Shown one piece after another: positions 32,221 to 42,364 of a stretch of 47,672 bases of DNA. This DNA is from Amoebophilaceae bacterium. GTDB lineage: Bacteria; Bacteroidota; Bacteroidia; Cytophagales; Amoebophilaceae. The notes below the pieces were generated by a model, which made no database searches, was not told the DNA's origin, and saw nothing but the letters and a program-made list of their open reading frames with translations. Numbering within the stretch: the first letter of the stretch is position 1; the number at the start of each line of letters is the position of its first letter. The stretch spans positions 1 to 47,672 of the forward strand of contig JALRAY010000001.1 in the NCBI GenBank assembly GCA_023257955.1, read 5' to 3'. A program made the position numbers and the translations under genes.

Positions 32221-34863
32221 ATGCATAACACCAGTAATCACATCAGACGTCAGTTTATTGAATTTTTTCAATCGAAAGATCACCATAGCGTACCCCCCTC
32301 CCCCATTGTGAATAAACAAGATCCGCAGCTCCTATTTACCAACGCGGGGATGAATCAATTCAAAGACATTTTTTTAGGTCAAAAACCTCCCCTCTACCCC
32401 AGCGTAGTCAACAGTCAACCTTGCTTACGTGTCTCTGGTAAACACAACGATCTAGAAGAAGTAGGCGTAGATACCTACCATCACACCATGTTTGAAATGT
32501 TAGGCAACTGGTCCTTCGGAGATTATTTCAAAGAGCAGGCTATTCAATGGGCATGGGAGTTATTAACCACTATCTATCATTTACCCAAAGAAAGGATGTA
32601 CGTAACGGTATTTAAAGGGGATGAAAAGGAAAGATTAACTATGGATGAGGAAACCTTTCACATCTGGGAACAATACATCCACCCTGAACATATCTTGTAC
32701 GGAAGTAAAAAAGACAACTTTTGGGAAATGGGTGATAAAGGACCCTGTGGACCTTCTACAGAAATTCACATCGATCTGCGTTCCGAGGAAGAAAGAACAA
32801 AGCTACCTGGTAAAGAGCTTGTCAATGCAGGTCATCCGCAGGTAATAGAGCTTTGGAACCTTGTCTTTATACAATATGAACGGACTAGCGAAGGACTCTT
32901 ACATCAGCTTAAAAACAAATATGTGGATACAGGCATGGGGTTTGAAAGGCTAGTGATGGTGCTACAAAACAAAACCTCTGCTTATGACACAGATATTTTT
33001 CTCCCCTTGACAGAGAACCTGCTGGCGATGCATGCCCAACAAGAACATCCAACACCCACTAATGAAGAGACCCCAATAGCCATCCGCGTGATAGCAGACC
33101 ACATTCGTGCCATCACCTTTGCGATAGCAGATGGGCAATTACCTAGCAACACACAAGCGGGCTATGTGATTAGAAGAATTTTGCGAAGAGCTGTCCGTTA
33201 TGGATATACCTACCTAGGGTTTAAAGCACCCTTCATGCACCAGCTTATTGCTGTGCTCTCGAAACAGTTTCAATACATCTATCCACAGATCATCAACCAA
33301 AAAAGCTATATAGAGCAGATTGTGGAAAATGAAGAAAGCATCTTTTTTAAAACCCTTACCACAGGGCTAGAACGACTCGATCATATAATTAACCATTTGC
33401 CAGCAGGGCTAACCACCATAGATGGCGCTATCGCTTTTGAGTTGTATGATACCTACGGTTTCCCGTTCGACCTCACCAAACTAGTGGCCGCAGAGAGAGG
33501 GATTGAAGTAGATGAAAAGGGCTTTGACCAAGCTTTACAACTGCAACGTGATAGGTCTCAAAAAGCAGCTATCGGCACACATGATGATTGGCAGGTGTTG
33601 ATAGATCAGCCATCTACTTTTGTAGGCTATGATCAACTACAGGTCTCTACACACATCACACAATATCGCAAGGAAGCAAAAAGCCAACCAGCCGTTTATC
33701 ACCTTGTATTGGAACAAACCCCTTTTTATCCAGAAGGAGGAGGTCAAGTAGGTGATACAGGGCAGTTAATTATAGGAGATGAAGTTATTCCCGTACTCGA
33801 TACCAAGAAAGAGTTTGAACAAATCATTCACTATACCCACCAACTACCTTCCGACCTGAATGCGGCGGTAACGGCAAAAGTAGATAGCTCACGAAGACAA
33901 CGCATCAGTAACAATCACACCGCCACCCACCTCCTGCATGCTGCTTTAAAGGAAGTATTAGGCACGCATGTGGAACAGAAAGGATCTTTGGTGACAGCGG
34001 AATCATTACGTTTTGATTTTTTGCACTATAGCAAAGTTACTACTACAGAACTGGCAACCATAGAAAAGATTATCAATCAAAAAATCAGAACACTCATTAA
34101 CCTGCAAGAAGTTCGGCAAATGCCGCTAGAGCAAGCCAAAGCATTAGGAGTGACAGCATTGTTTGGGGAGAAGTATGGAGAAAATGTGCGCGTAATTACC
34201 TTTGATGATCATTTTTCAAAAGAGCTTTGCGGAGGAACCCATGTAACTAATACAGGTCAAATAGGCTGCTTCAAGATCATTGCAGAAAGCAGCGTAGCAG
34301 CAGGCACAAGGCGTATAGAAGCAGTAACGGCAGAAGCAGCGGAAGCGTTTTGCACCCAACAAGCTATCACCTTGCGGCAAGTAGCAGAGATTCTCAAACA
34401 TCCCAAAGATGTGATTCAAACGCTGCAACAGCTAATGGATGAAAAAGCAACCTTAGTGAAAAAGCTACAAGCGCAGCAAGACCAAACAATACAGGCGACC
34501 ATCCAACACCTGCAACAACACATTCAACCCATCAATGGCATCCCTACCATCATAGAAAAAATCAACATACAGACGGTACAAGGCTTGAAACAAGTCATTG
34601 GAAGCTTTAAAAACCGAGAAGAAAGATTATTCGTTACCTTGGTAGCCACCATTGATCAAGAACCGCATGTAGCAGTTTGTATAACACCTACACTTCTTAA
34701 AACATCCGCATTGAACGCCAGTGTTATCGTCAAAGAACTATCTAAAATGATGCAAGGAGGAGGAGGAGGGCACCCCTTTTTAGCGATGGGTAAGGGAAAA
34801 GATACTAGTAAGCTAGAGGAAGTCTTGATGGCAGCTAAAGGCATCATACAAACAGCGCTATAA
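32221..34863 (+). CDS. alaS: Alanine--tRNA ligase
   Basis: FTNAGMNQFK, FEMLGNWSFGDYFK, DTGMGFER, HTATHLLH, ELCGGTHV, GGGG; start at ATG 32221. Confidence 0.98.
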   Translation: MHNTSNHIRRQFIEFFQSKDHHSVPPSPIVNKQDPQLLFTNAGMNQFKDIFLGQKPPLYPSVVNSQPCLRVSGKHNDLEEVGVDTYHHTMFEMLGNWSFGDYFKEQAIQWAWELLTTIYHLPKERMYVTVFKGDEKERLTMDEETFHIWEQYIHPEHILYGSKKDNFWEMGDKGPCGPSTEIHIDLRSEEERTKLPGKELVNAGHPQVIELWNLVFIQYERTSEGLLHQLKNKYVDTGMGFERLVMVLQNKTSAYDTDIFLPLTENLLAMHAQQEHPTPTNEETPIAIRVIADHIRAITFAIADGQLPSNTQAGYVIRRILRRAVRYGYTYLGFKAPFMHQLIAVLSKQFQYIYPQIINQKSYIEQIVENEESIFFKTLTTGLERLDHIINHLPAGLTTIDGAIAFELYDTYGFPFDLTKLVAAERGIEVDEKGFDQALQLQRDRSQKAAIGTHDDWQVLIDQPSTFVGYDQLQVSTHITQYRKEAKSQPAVYHLVLEQTPFYPEGGGQVGDTGQLIIGDEVIPVLDTKKEFEQIIHYTHQLPSDLNAAVTAKVDSSRRQRISNNHTATHLLHAALKEVLGTHVEQKGSLVTAESLRFDFLHYSKVTTTELATIEKIINQKIRTLINLQEVRQMPLEQAKALGVTALFGEKYGENVRVITFDDHFSKELCGGTHVTNTGQIGCFKIIAESSVAAGTRRIEAVTAEAAEAFCTQQAITLRQVAEILKHPKDVIQTLQQLMDEKATLVKKLQAQQDQTIQATIQHLQQHIQPINGIPTIIEKINIQTVQGLKQVIGSFKNREERLFVTLVATIDQEPHVAVCITPTLLKTSALNASVIVKELSKMMQGGGGGHPFLAMGKGKDTSKLEEVLMAAKGIIQTAL

Positions 34864-34941
34864 TTCTATAATTGCAGGCAGCACATCGGTACGTAGAGCC
34901 CCTTTGCCTTGATGAATCCTTTTTTTGATGGCATAACGCTA

Positions 34942-35388
34942 CTATCCGTCTGTTACCACCCTTTCGTAGAGGGCGAGACAACTATCCTCCTTCCCGCGCA
35001 TGATAGCTTGGTCCTCGGAAGTCTTATCTTGATACCCTAATAAATGCAAGACCCCATGCGCCATCACCCGGTGTAGTTCTTGCAAAAAAGGAACCTGGTA
35101 GGTAGCTGCATTCTCACGTACACGGGGTATGCTAATGTAGATCTCCCCTTCTAGCACATTTGTCGTTTCTCTATAATCAAAGGTGATTACATCCGTAAGC
35201 GTATCATGCTGCAGGTACTGCACATTATGGGCATGCAAGTAGTGATCAGAGCAAAAGATAAAATTCAGATAACCTAGGACAGCATTCTCTGCTACTATCA
35301 CATGCTGTAGCCAGCTAGTAACAACCGCTTTTTTAGGAAGCGTAAAGAAAATATCTTCCGTAAAGTAATTAATTTGTGATGCGTACAT
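34942..35388 (-). CDS. ybeY: rRNA maturation endoribonuclease YbeY
   Basis: TDVITF, GEIYIS, HGVLHLLGY; start uncertain. Confidence 0.92.
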   Translation of the reverse strand: MYASQINYFTEDIFFTLPKKAVVTSWLQHVIVAENAVLGYLNFIFCSDHYLHAHNVQYLQHDTLTDVITFDYRETTNVLEGEIYISIPRVRENAATYQVPFLQELHRVMAHGVLHLLGYQDKTSEDQAIMRGKEDSCLALYERVVTDG

Positions 35389-35488
35389 AGCAGTATGTGA
35401 GCGTTGATAGAGCATGTAAGGAGACAACTAACAGTCAGTAGCCTTTCGAACAGCATTAAATTACCAAAAACCGATAATATTCCATAAC

Positions 35489-36772
35489 ATGAAAAGAGAC
35501 ACAACTATCTTCAATTTAATTGAAAAAGAATACCAACGTCAACGACAAGGTATAGAGTTAATCGCCTCCGAAAACTTTGTTTCCCCGCAAGTCCTGGAAG
35601 CTACAGGCAGCATCCTCACCAACAAATACGCAGAAGGGTTTCCTGGCAAGCGATACTATGGTGGTTGCGAAATCATAGATGAAGTAGAAAGCCTAGCCAT
35701 AGCACGTGCTACTCAGCTCTTCAATGCCTCATGGGCCAATGTACAACCTCATTCTGGCTCCCAAGCCAATGCGGCCGTCATGGCTGCCATCTTATCCCCT
35801 GGAGATAAGATACTAGGCTTTAACCTCACCCATGGCGGACATTTGACACATGGCTCTTCCGTGAACTTCTCTGGCAAACTGTATCAAGCACATTTCTATG
35901 GCCTCAATCAGCAAACAGGTCGCATTGACTGGGAAGAAGTAGCAAAACTTGCTACAACGCACAAACCGAAGCTCATCATATGTGGGGCTTCGGCCTATAG
36001 TCGAGATTGGGATTATGAACGATTACGGACAGTAGCCGATGAGGTAGGCGCTTTCTTGCTGGCCGACATAGCGCACCCTGCGGGATTGATTGCACGAGGA
36101 TTGTTAAATGACCCTTTGCCCCATTGCCATTTCGTCACAACAACCACCCATAAAACCTTGCGAGGCCCACGTGGTGGTATGATCTTGATGGGGCAAGACT
36201 TCGATAACCCTTTCCAAAAAAAAGATACGAAAGGCAACCTAAAAAGCATGTCCTCCTTAGTAGATGCTAGCGTATTCCCAGGTACGCAAGGAGGCCCTTT
36301 AGAGCATGTCATTGCCGGTAAAGCCATCGCCTTTCAAGAAGCACTCAGTGATGAGTACTTTGATTATATACTACAAGTGAAAAAGAATGCGGCACAATTA
36401 GCAAAAGCCTTCATGGCAAGAGACTACAAAGTGGTATCAAATGGCACAGATAATCACCTGCTGCTCGTAGACCTGAGCAATAAAGCCATAACTGGCCAAG
36501 TAGCGGAGAAAGTTCTGGAGAAAGCCGCCATTACTATCAACAAAAACATGATTCCGTTTGACAAGCAACCTCCTCATACTTGCTCTGGCATGCGACTAGG
36601 CTCACCTGCCATTACCACACGCGGGTTGCAGGAAGCGGATATGAATCAAATTGTAACGTGGATAGATGAAGTATTGATGTATCCTGCAGATGTACAAAAA
36701 ATCAACCGCATACAAAAAGAAGTAGCAGAATTCATGGAGCAGTTTCCCGCACCTTTTGATAAGATAAGATGA
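35489..36772 (+). CDS. glyA: Serine hydroxymethyltransferase
   Basis: [32 protein letters not shown]. Confidence 0.98.
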   Translation: MKRDTTIFNLIEKEYQRQRQGIELIASENFVSPQVLEATGSILTNKYAEGFPGKRYYGGCEIIDEVESLAIARATQLFNASWANVQPHSGSQANAAVMAAILSPGDKILGFNLTHGGHLTHGSSVNFSGKLYQAHFYGLNQQTGRIDWEEVAKLATTHKPKLIICGASAYSRDWDYERLRTVADEVGAFLLADIAHPAGLIARGLLNDPLPHCHFVTTTTHKTLRGPRGGMILMGQDFDNPFQKKDTKGNLKSMSSLVDASVFPGTQGGPLEHVIAGKAIAFQEALSDEYFDYILQVKKNAAQLAKAFMARDYKVVSNGTDNHLLLVDLSNKAITGQVAEKVLEKAAITINKNMIPFDKQPPHTCSGMRLGSPAITTRGLQEADMNQIVTWIDEVLMYPADVQKINRIQKEVAEFMEQFPAPFDKIR

Positions 36773-37128
36773 AGCCGTGTGCATATTCCTGGGTTAATGG
36801 TATCAGGTAGTTTTGCAGGAACATAAATAGCCTTAGGACCTATTCTAGGATATCCCACAAGAGCTTGCAAGCCTTTATGATCATTCCACACAAATTTGAC
36901 CTCTGGTTGACCTAATTTCAATGGAGTATCATCTATGAAAGATGTAGGTTGAGTATCAAGCGCTGAGCGGTCATCATCTATGCATGTGGTTGCTTGCATA
37001 GTTGCTTGTTGATCTATTGGTAAAAGTATTTCATTACCTCCGCAGCTAGTGAGTAGTTGACAAGCAAGTAATAAGCATGCTATGCTTCTTTGAGCCTTTG
37101 TCGTCGTACTATGTTTATACTTTTTCAT
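36646..37128 (-). CDS. Putative lipoprotein, probably a truncated remnant
   Basis: Basic N-region plus [13 protein letters not shown] lipobox; the last 127 nt run antisense into glyA. Confidence 0.55.
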   Translation of the reverse strand: MKKYKHSTTTKAQRSIACLLLACQLLTSCGGNEILLPIDQQATMQATTCIDDDRSALDTQPTSFIDDTPLKLGQPEVKFVWNDHKGLQALVGYPRIGPKAIYVPAKLPDTINPGICTRLHLILSKGAGNCSMNSATSFCMRLIFCTSAGYINTSSIHVTI

Positions 37129-37214
37129 GAAAGGTCTATTTAAAGATTAATTATTTCTGCTTTCTACAAAGTTACCTATGCAATTCATTCATGCAAATTT
37201 CAGTAATTAGAAAG

Positions 37215-37338
37215 CTTACCACCCGACAGATGAAAATTTGTACTATCTACCCTCTGATAAATATTCTTTTAAGCATACATAGTTTAGTCACGCAACCTCA
37301 TCTTTTGTGGAGTTATAAACACACTGTCGGGTGGTAAG
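37215..37338. mobile_element. MITE-like element or long-range stem, 124 bp
   Basis: CTTACCACCCGACAG (37215-37229) and CTGTCGGGTGGTAAG (37324-37338) form a perfect 15-bp IR. Confidence 0.6.
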
Positions 37339-37392
37339 GTTATAGCGTACACATTTTGTATTGTGACATGCATAATTTGTAGTCCCGGATTG

Positions 37393-37400
37393 TAACTTTG
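37393..37400 (+). promoter_or_regulatory. -7 box, candidate gap promoter
   Basis: TAACTTTG matches TAnnTTTG; it would lie 31 nt from the gap ATG if the downstream element were removed. Confidence 0.4.
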
Positions 37401-37414
37401 TGAGCTAAATTATA

Positions 37415-37587
37415 GTAACTACTCAGTTACCATAAACACCATTTCCAGGCTTCTAGGAGTTATTGAAAAATGTTAGAGTAGTAATTTGGCTGCATTTTCT
37501 TCTTTTTTATTCCAAATGCAAGGGTTGATTCTTTTATAAAGCCCTTCTATTGGCTTTAAAAGCCTTTTCAAGTACCTGAGTAGTTAC
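37415..37587. mobile_element. MITE of 173 bp with an 8-bp target-site duplication
   Basis: TIR GTAACTACTCAG(T/G)TAC matches at 15/16; AAATTATA directly repeated at 37407-37414 and 37588-37595. Confidence 0.85.
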
Positions 37588-37612
37588 AAATTATATTTAC
37601 AATAACATAAAA

Positions 37613-38617
37613 ATGACAAAAACACGCATAGCCATCAATGGCTTTGGTAGAATTGGTAGAATAACCTTCCGCAAGCTCATCGATCAGGACAATATAGAAG
37701 TCGTAGCCATTAATGACTTGGCTGATATTACGACTTTAACACATCTTTTAAAATACGATTCTACGTACGGCCCTTTCTCGCAAACCGTCTCTATTTCCGA
37801 AAAAGATGCGCAACTACATGTAGAGGGGCAGTGTATACAGGTACTTTCTCAACCGAATCTCATGGACCTTCCTTGGAAGGATTTAAAGGTAGATATCGTA
37901 GTAGAAGCTACAGGTAAATATGCAGATCATGCTAGTCTAGTTAAGCATATAGCAGCAGGTGCTCAACAGGTAATTGTCTCTGCTCCTGCTAAATCCGTTC
38001 CCACCATTGTATTAGGCATCAACGATCATGTTTTAGCTACGGCAGGTCCTATCATTTCCAACGCTTCTTGTACTACAAATTGTTTGGCACCATTAGTACA
38101 GGTACTGGATCAACACTTTGGTATTGCAAAAGGCTTTATGACTACGATACATGCCTATACTGCTGATCAACGCTTACTAGATACTCCTCACAAAGACTTA
38201 CGTAGGGCAAGGGCTGCGGCTCAGGCCATTATCCCTACAACAACCGGAGCTGCTAAAACCATTGGTGTAGTCTTACCGCATTTACAAGGCAAATTAGATG
38301 GTATGGCTGTACGCGTACCCGTATTAGACGGATCTATGGTAGATTTTACCGCTATGCTACAACAACCTGCCAGCAAAGAACAAATTAATGCGGCTATGCA
38401 ACAAGCCGCAGATAGTAGCTTAAAAGGCATACTGGCTTATTCAGAAGATCCTATTGTATCTGTAGACGTGATTGGCAATCCTCATTCTTGCGTTTTTGAT
38501 GCAGGACTTACATACACACAAGGTAATTTTGTAAAGATAATGGGATGGTATGATAATGAAGGAGGATATGCACAACGGCTTGTTGATTTAGTTCAAAAGA
38601 TGAGTAAACAGTTATAA
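37613..38617 (+). CDS. gap: Glyceraldehyde-3-phosphate dehydrogenase type I
   Basis: INGFGRIGR, NASCTTNCLAP, WYDNE. Confidence 0.97.
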   Translation: MTKTRIAINGFGRIGRITFRKLIDQDNIEVVAINDLADITTLTHLLKYDSTYGPFSQTVSISEKDAQLHVEGQCIQVLSQPNLMDLPWKDLKVDIVVEATGKYADHASLVKHIAAGAQQVIVSAPAKSVPTIVLGINDHVLATAGPIISNASCTTNCLAPLVQVLDQHFGIAKGFMTTIHAYTADQRLLDTPHKDLRRARAAAQAIIPTTTGAAKTIGVVLPHLQGKLDGMAVRVPVLDGSMVDFTAMLQQPASKEQINAAMQQAADSSLKGILAYSEDPIVSVDVIGNPHSCVFDAGLTYTQGNFVKIMGWYDNEGGYAQRLVDLVQKMSKQL

Positions 38618-38638
38618 GCAAGCAGGGAAGCGCCCCAA

Positions 38639-39502
38639 CTACATGGTACAGATGCTCAAGCTTTGATACAAAGGGTTATGTAGATCCAGATAGGAAGCAG
38701 TATACTGTTGTATAGCAACAGTAGTTTGATTTTCTTTTTCTCGAAAGAATTGTTGATGAGGTTTACTAAAGTAAAGACGGTAGGGTTCCTTTGTGAGGTC
38801 ATACATATAATACGAACTCTTTTTACAAGGAGCTAAGCTGTAGAAAATAGACTTAACAGGCACACACTTCTTCCCACTATTGCATTGAATATTATCTTGC
38901 AGCGCTTGATGCATGGTATGCAACAACGCTTGACACCAGTCACAAGTGTCTAATGAAGAATAGTAGATAAAGTTGATGGCTAAGACCTTATTGAGCGGCA
39001 GTGTTGTTACCAGGTTCTGCAAAATCTCTGGCAACCTATGCAATAACCCTATCAACAAAGCTTCGCTGTGCGCATAATTCGCGATTGTATTCCCTTCAGC
39101 TACATAAAGAAACATTTCTTCATCTAACACGTGCTTATATCCATTTTCATACCCTCGGCTCACAAAATCAACCCTACAAGCAGTATCGGTATGGGAGGGA
39201 ACAAAAGCAAAAAGGCCTTCATTTTTTGAGATACACAATTTAAAGGGACAAACATAGATGTCATTGTTATTGCCTTGTAAGATAACGACCAGTTCTACCA
39301 AAAGGTGATTGATGGATTGCTCATCTTGGGCATATAACCGTTGGAGCAAAGCGAGGGTTTTATTCTCTTGAGTATGGAAGATGCATAAGTCTTGATAGTT
39401 GACTTGTGCGGTAAGTGCGTAAAAACTAATGCTATCATCAACAAGCCGAAAGCAAAAGGGGCTTTCATACTGCCTATAAATATCATTTATGATGGCTTTC
39501 AT
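38639..39502 (-). CDS. Hypothetical protein with zinc-dependent deaminase motifs
   Basis: AHSEALL (HxE, 39070-39062) and SSLDTCDWCQ (CxxC, 38944-38933). Confidence 0.6.
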   Translation of the reverse strand: MKAIINDIYRQYESPFCFRLVDDSISFYALTAQVNYQDLCIFHTQENKTLALLQRLYAQDEQSINHLLVELVVILQGNNNDIYVCPFKLCISKNEGLFAFVPSHTDTACRVDFVSRGYENGYKHVLDEEMFLYVAEGNTIANYAHSEALLIGLLHRLPEILQNLVTTLPLNKVLAINFIYYSSLDTCDWCQALLHTMHQALQDNIQCNSGKKCVPVKSIFYSLAPCKKSSYYMYDLTKEPYRLYFSKPHQQFFREKENQTTVAIQQYTASYLDLHNPLYQSLSICTM

Positions 39503-39520
39503 GTATTAGCATTGATGCAT

Positions 39521-39823
39521 TTATTTTACAACATCCCTCAAGATATACCGCTCTAAAAAACCGCCTCGTTCTTTTTTCTTATCCTCTTTTACTTTATGCA
39601 CATCTTCTTCCCGAAACTGAAAGGTTACATAAATCGCATCAATCACTTCCAACACATCGGCTAGTTCTTCAAGGGATTGTGCTTCCTTTAATTCATTGGC
39701 TTCTTCGATCAACTTATCCAAAATTCGTTTTTGATACTCCTCCTCATCTGCTACATATCCTATAGGTGTTTTACCTGCACTTTCAATAATCTGGGGTATA
39801 AAATCTCTTACTAACTTATTCAT
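39521..39823 (-). CDS. MazG-like all-alpha NTP pyrophosphohydrolase (COG4997 / PRA-PH-like)
   Basis: KLVRD.IP, KLIEEANE, EELADVLEV, KKKERGGF. Confidence 0.88.
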   Translation of the reverse strand: MNKLVRDFIPQIIESAGKTPIGYVADEEEYQKRILDKLIEEANELKEAQSLEELADVLEVIDAIYVTFQFREEDVHKVKEDKKKERGGFLERYILRDVVK

Positions 39824-39947
39824 ATAGGCGTTTCAATTGAATGGAGTAACAAAAGAAGGCAGCATCTACAGCGTTTCTAATGATCGTAGGCGCATAACAA
39901 CCTACATAAAGACCATGACGCCCTTGTATACGCTTTATAGCCGGGAC

Positions 39948-40421
39948 TTATGTAATCAACTTTTTCCTTTTTAAAATCGTTTCTAAAAACTTAATCTCTC
40001 CTTGGGAGTTGAATATTTTATGCGGTAAGTGTACTAGATGTGTCTTGGTGAGGATAAGTAGAAAATAGTCTTTATCTAAACGCGCTTTCTTTACCTGCTC
40101 CCAAGAGATTGGCATCCCTCTTTTAGTATCCACCTGCATCAAAATTTGCTTACTGGTTATCTCATACCCTAGCCGTTCGAAGATGAGTTGATTTTGTTCT
40201 AACTGTGTGGTGCCATAAAACTGTATGAACCAGAAAAGGCTATATAGAATAAGTGCGATACCTGCAAGGACTACAAAAAATAGGGTATGCAAGAAAAAAG
40301 TAAGGGATGCTATACTGAGTGCTATGAGGCTAATCCACCATTGTTCTCGTAGAATATTTTGGAGACCTAACTGAATGTAGGTACGATGGGGGAGTTTATA
40401 CTTTTTGGTTTGGATAATCAT
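39948..40421 (-). CDS. YcxB-like membrane protein
   Basis: Two TM helices followed by a beta domain with ISWEQVKK...HLPHKIF. Confidence 0.7.
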   Translation of the reverse strand: MIIQTKKYKLPHRTYIQLGLQNILREQWWISLIALSIASLTFFLHTLFFVVLAGIALILYSLFWFIQFYGTTQLEQNQLIFERLGYEITSKQILMQVDTKRGMPISWEQVKKARLDKDYFLLILTKTHLVHLPHKIFNSQGEIKFLETILKRKKLIT

Positions 40422-40524
40422 AAGCAAAAGCTAAATATATAAGTCTATTATACCTGCTATGAAGGAAGGATGAGTGCTATAAGCTTACAAGATGTGCGAA
40501 ACACACATTACCGGCATAAGAAAG

Positions 40525-40599
40525 TGGGCTCTGTAGGATTCGAACCTACGACCCTCTGCTTGTAAGGCAGATGCTCTGAACCAACTGAGCTAAGAGCCC
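40525..40599 (-). tRNA. tRNA-Val(TAC)
   Basis: Reverse complement GGGCTCTTAGCTCAGTTGG...TCTGC-CTTACAA-GCAGA...GGTTCGAATCC...AGAGCCCA. Confidence 0.96.
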
Positions 40600-40902
40600 C
40601 TCATTTCTCTGTAAGAATTAAAGTGATGTAAAGGTATTGAAATAAAACCAAAAACACATCCTTTTCTCAAAAATATTGCTTTATAGCAAAGCGTGCGCAG
40701 ATATGGTTTTGCATAGCTACATAAATAGCTATCGGACTTGCGCACTTTGAAAAAATAAAGCTAACTCGATTTCAAGGAAAAGACAGCAAACTATGAAGCT
40801 AACAACACAAATGTATGGCCCATGGCTAATGAATGGGGTAAAAACTTTGCAGACATCTATTTTGCTGATATCATATTGATGGGAGAAATCAATTCACTGA
40901 CT

Positions 40903-42303
40903 CTAAATATGAATAGCCTCTTTATAGGCAGCACCTACGGCTTCCATCACTGCTTCGGACATGGTAGGATGCGGGTGAATAGCTTTCATAATCTCGTGAC
41001 CTGTTGTTTCTAACTTTCTAGCTGTTACCACTTCGGCAATGAGCTCCGTTACGTTTTCACCAATCATGTGCGCACCTAACCATTCTCCATACTTCGCATC
41101 AAAGATAACCTTAATAAACCCTGTAGAAGCTCCTGTGGCATGCGCTTTACCGGAGGCTGTAAAAGGAAACTTACCTATCTTAATCTGATACCCTGCGTCT
41201 TTAGCTGCCTGTTCCGTATAACCTACTGAAGCGACTTCCGGGTGACAGTAAGTGCAACTAGGTACGTTGTTATAGTCGAGCGGTTCAGGATTTAAGCCCC
41301 CTATCTTTTCCACACATATAATCCCTTCCGCAGACGCTACATGGGCAAGGGCAGGACCGGGGATGATATCGCCGATGGCATAAATACCCTTCGCAGAAGT
41401 GTTATAAAATGCATCTACCACTACACTACCCTTTTCTACCGTTACACCCACCTCCTCCAATCCCAAATTTTCTAGGTTATTGACAACCCCTACGGCAGAT
41501 AACACGACATCGCACGTAAGCTCTTCCATACCCGTAGCTGTTTTTACACTCAGCTTCGGTTGCTTACCCGTTGTTGTCACCCCGGTTACTTCAGCATTCA
41601 TGAGTACATTTATACCAGCCTTGGTAAAGGACTGTAAGAGCTGCTTGGACACATCCTCATCCTCTATCGGCAAAATGCGCGGCATATACTCTATCAACGT
41701 CACCTCTGTACCGATCGCATTGTAGAAATAAGCAAACTCTATACCTATGGCACCAGCGCCTATGATGGAGATCTTCTTGGGATGCTTAGATAAAGCCAAT
41801 GCTTCCCGATATCCAATAACCTTTTTATGATCGATGGGACATTGGGTCAAGGATTTGGAACGGCCTCCGGTAGCCACGATGATATGCTCAGCTGCGTAGC
41901 GGGTGACTTGCTTGGTTGCTTCGTCCGTTACTAGCACCGTCTTATGGGAACCCAAACGTCCCATACCGGATAGTACATCTATGTTGTTTTTCTTAAAAAG
42001 AGATGCGATACCCTTTGTCATCGTATGCACTACGTCACGGCTGCGTGATATCATGCTGGATAAGTCAGGATTGGCTTCCCTTACTTGAATGCCATAGGCT
42101 GCTGCATTTTTGATGTAGTCGAATACTTGCGCACTCTTGAGTAAAGCTTTGGTAGGAATACAACCCCAGTTCAAACATACGCCTCCGAGGGCTTCTTTTT
42201 CTACTACGGCTACCTTCATACCTAGTTGGGCAGCCCGAATGGCAGCTACATAACCTCCAGGGCCGCTGCCTATAATAATCAGATCGTAAGATGATGTTGT
42301 CAT
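40903..42303 (-). CDS. lpdA: Dihydrolipoamide dehydrogenase
   Basis: GSGPGGY, GGVCLNWGCIPTK, GAGAIG, HPHPTMSE. Confidence 0.96.
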   Translation of the reverse strand: MTTSSYDLIIIGSGPGGYVAAIRAAQLGMKVAVVEKEALGGVCLNWGCIPTKALLKSAQVFDYIKNAAAYGIQVREANPDLSSMISRSRDVVHTMTKGIASLFKKNNIDVLSGMGRLGSHKTVLVTDEATKQVTRYAAEHIIVATGGRSKSLTQCPIDHKKVIGYREALALSKHPKKISIIGAGAIGIEFAYFYNAIGTEVTLIEYMPRILPIEDEDVSKQLLQSFTKAGINVLMNAEVTGVTTTGKQPKLSVKTATGMEELTCDVVLSAVGVVNNLENLGLEEVGVTVEKGSVVVDAFYNTSAKGIYAIGDIIPGPALAHVASAEGIICVEKIGGLNPEPLDYNNVPSCTYCHPEVASVGYTEQAAKDAGYQIKIGKFPFTASGKAHATGASTGFIKVIFDAKYGEWLGAHMIGENVTELIAEVVTARKLETTGHEIMKAIHPHPTMSEAVMEAVGAAYKEAIHI

Positions 42304-42364
42304 ATGCTATATAATGGATAAATAGACTAAAAGCTCGTTCCCCTTGCTGTTGAAACTTGCCAAC

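Noticed and set aside
35020-35060. YbeY lacks the third His (HGVLHLLGYQD)
   Set aside because: This variant is common in Bacteroidota YbeY as far as I recall
38639-40599. tRNA-Val-anchored genomic island carrying the deaminase pair
   Set aside because: No integrase and no duplicated tRNA 3' end found, and a core-like gene intervenes
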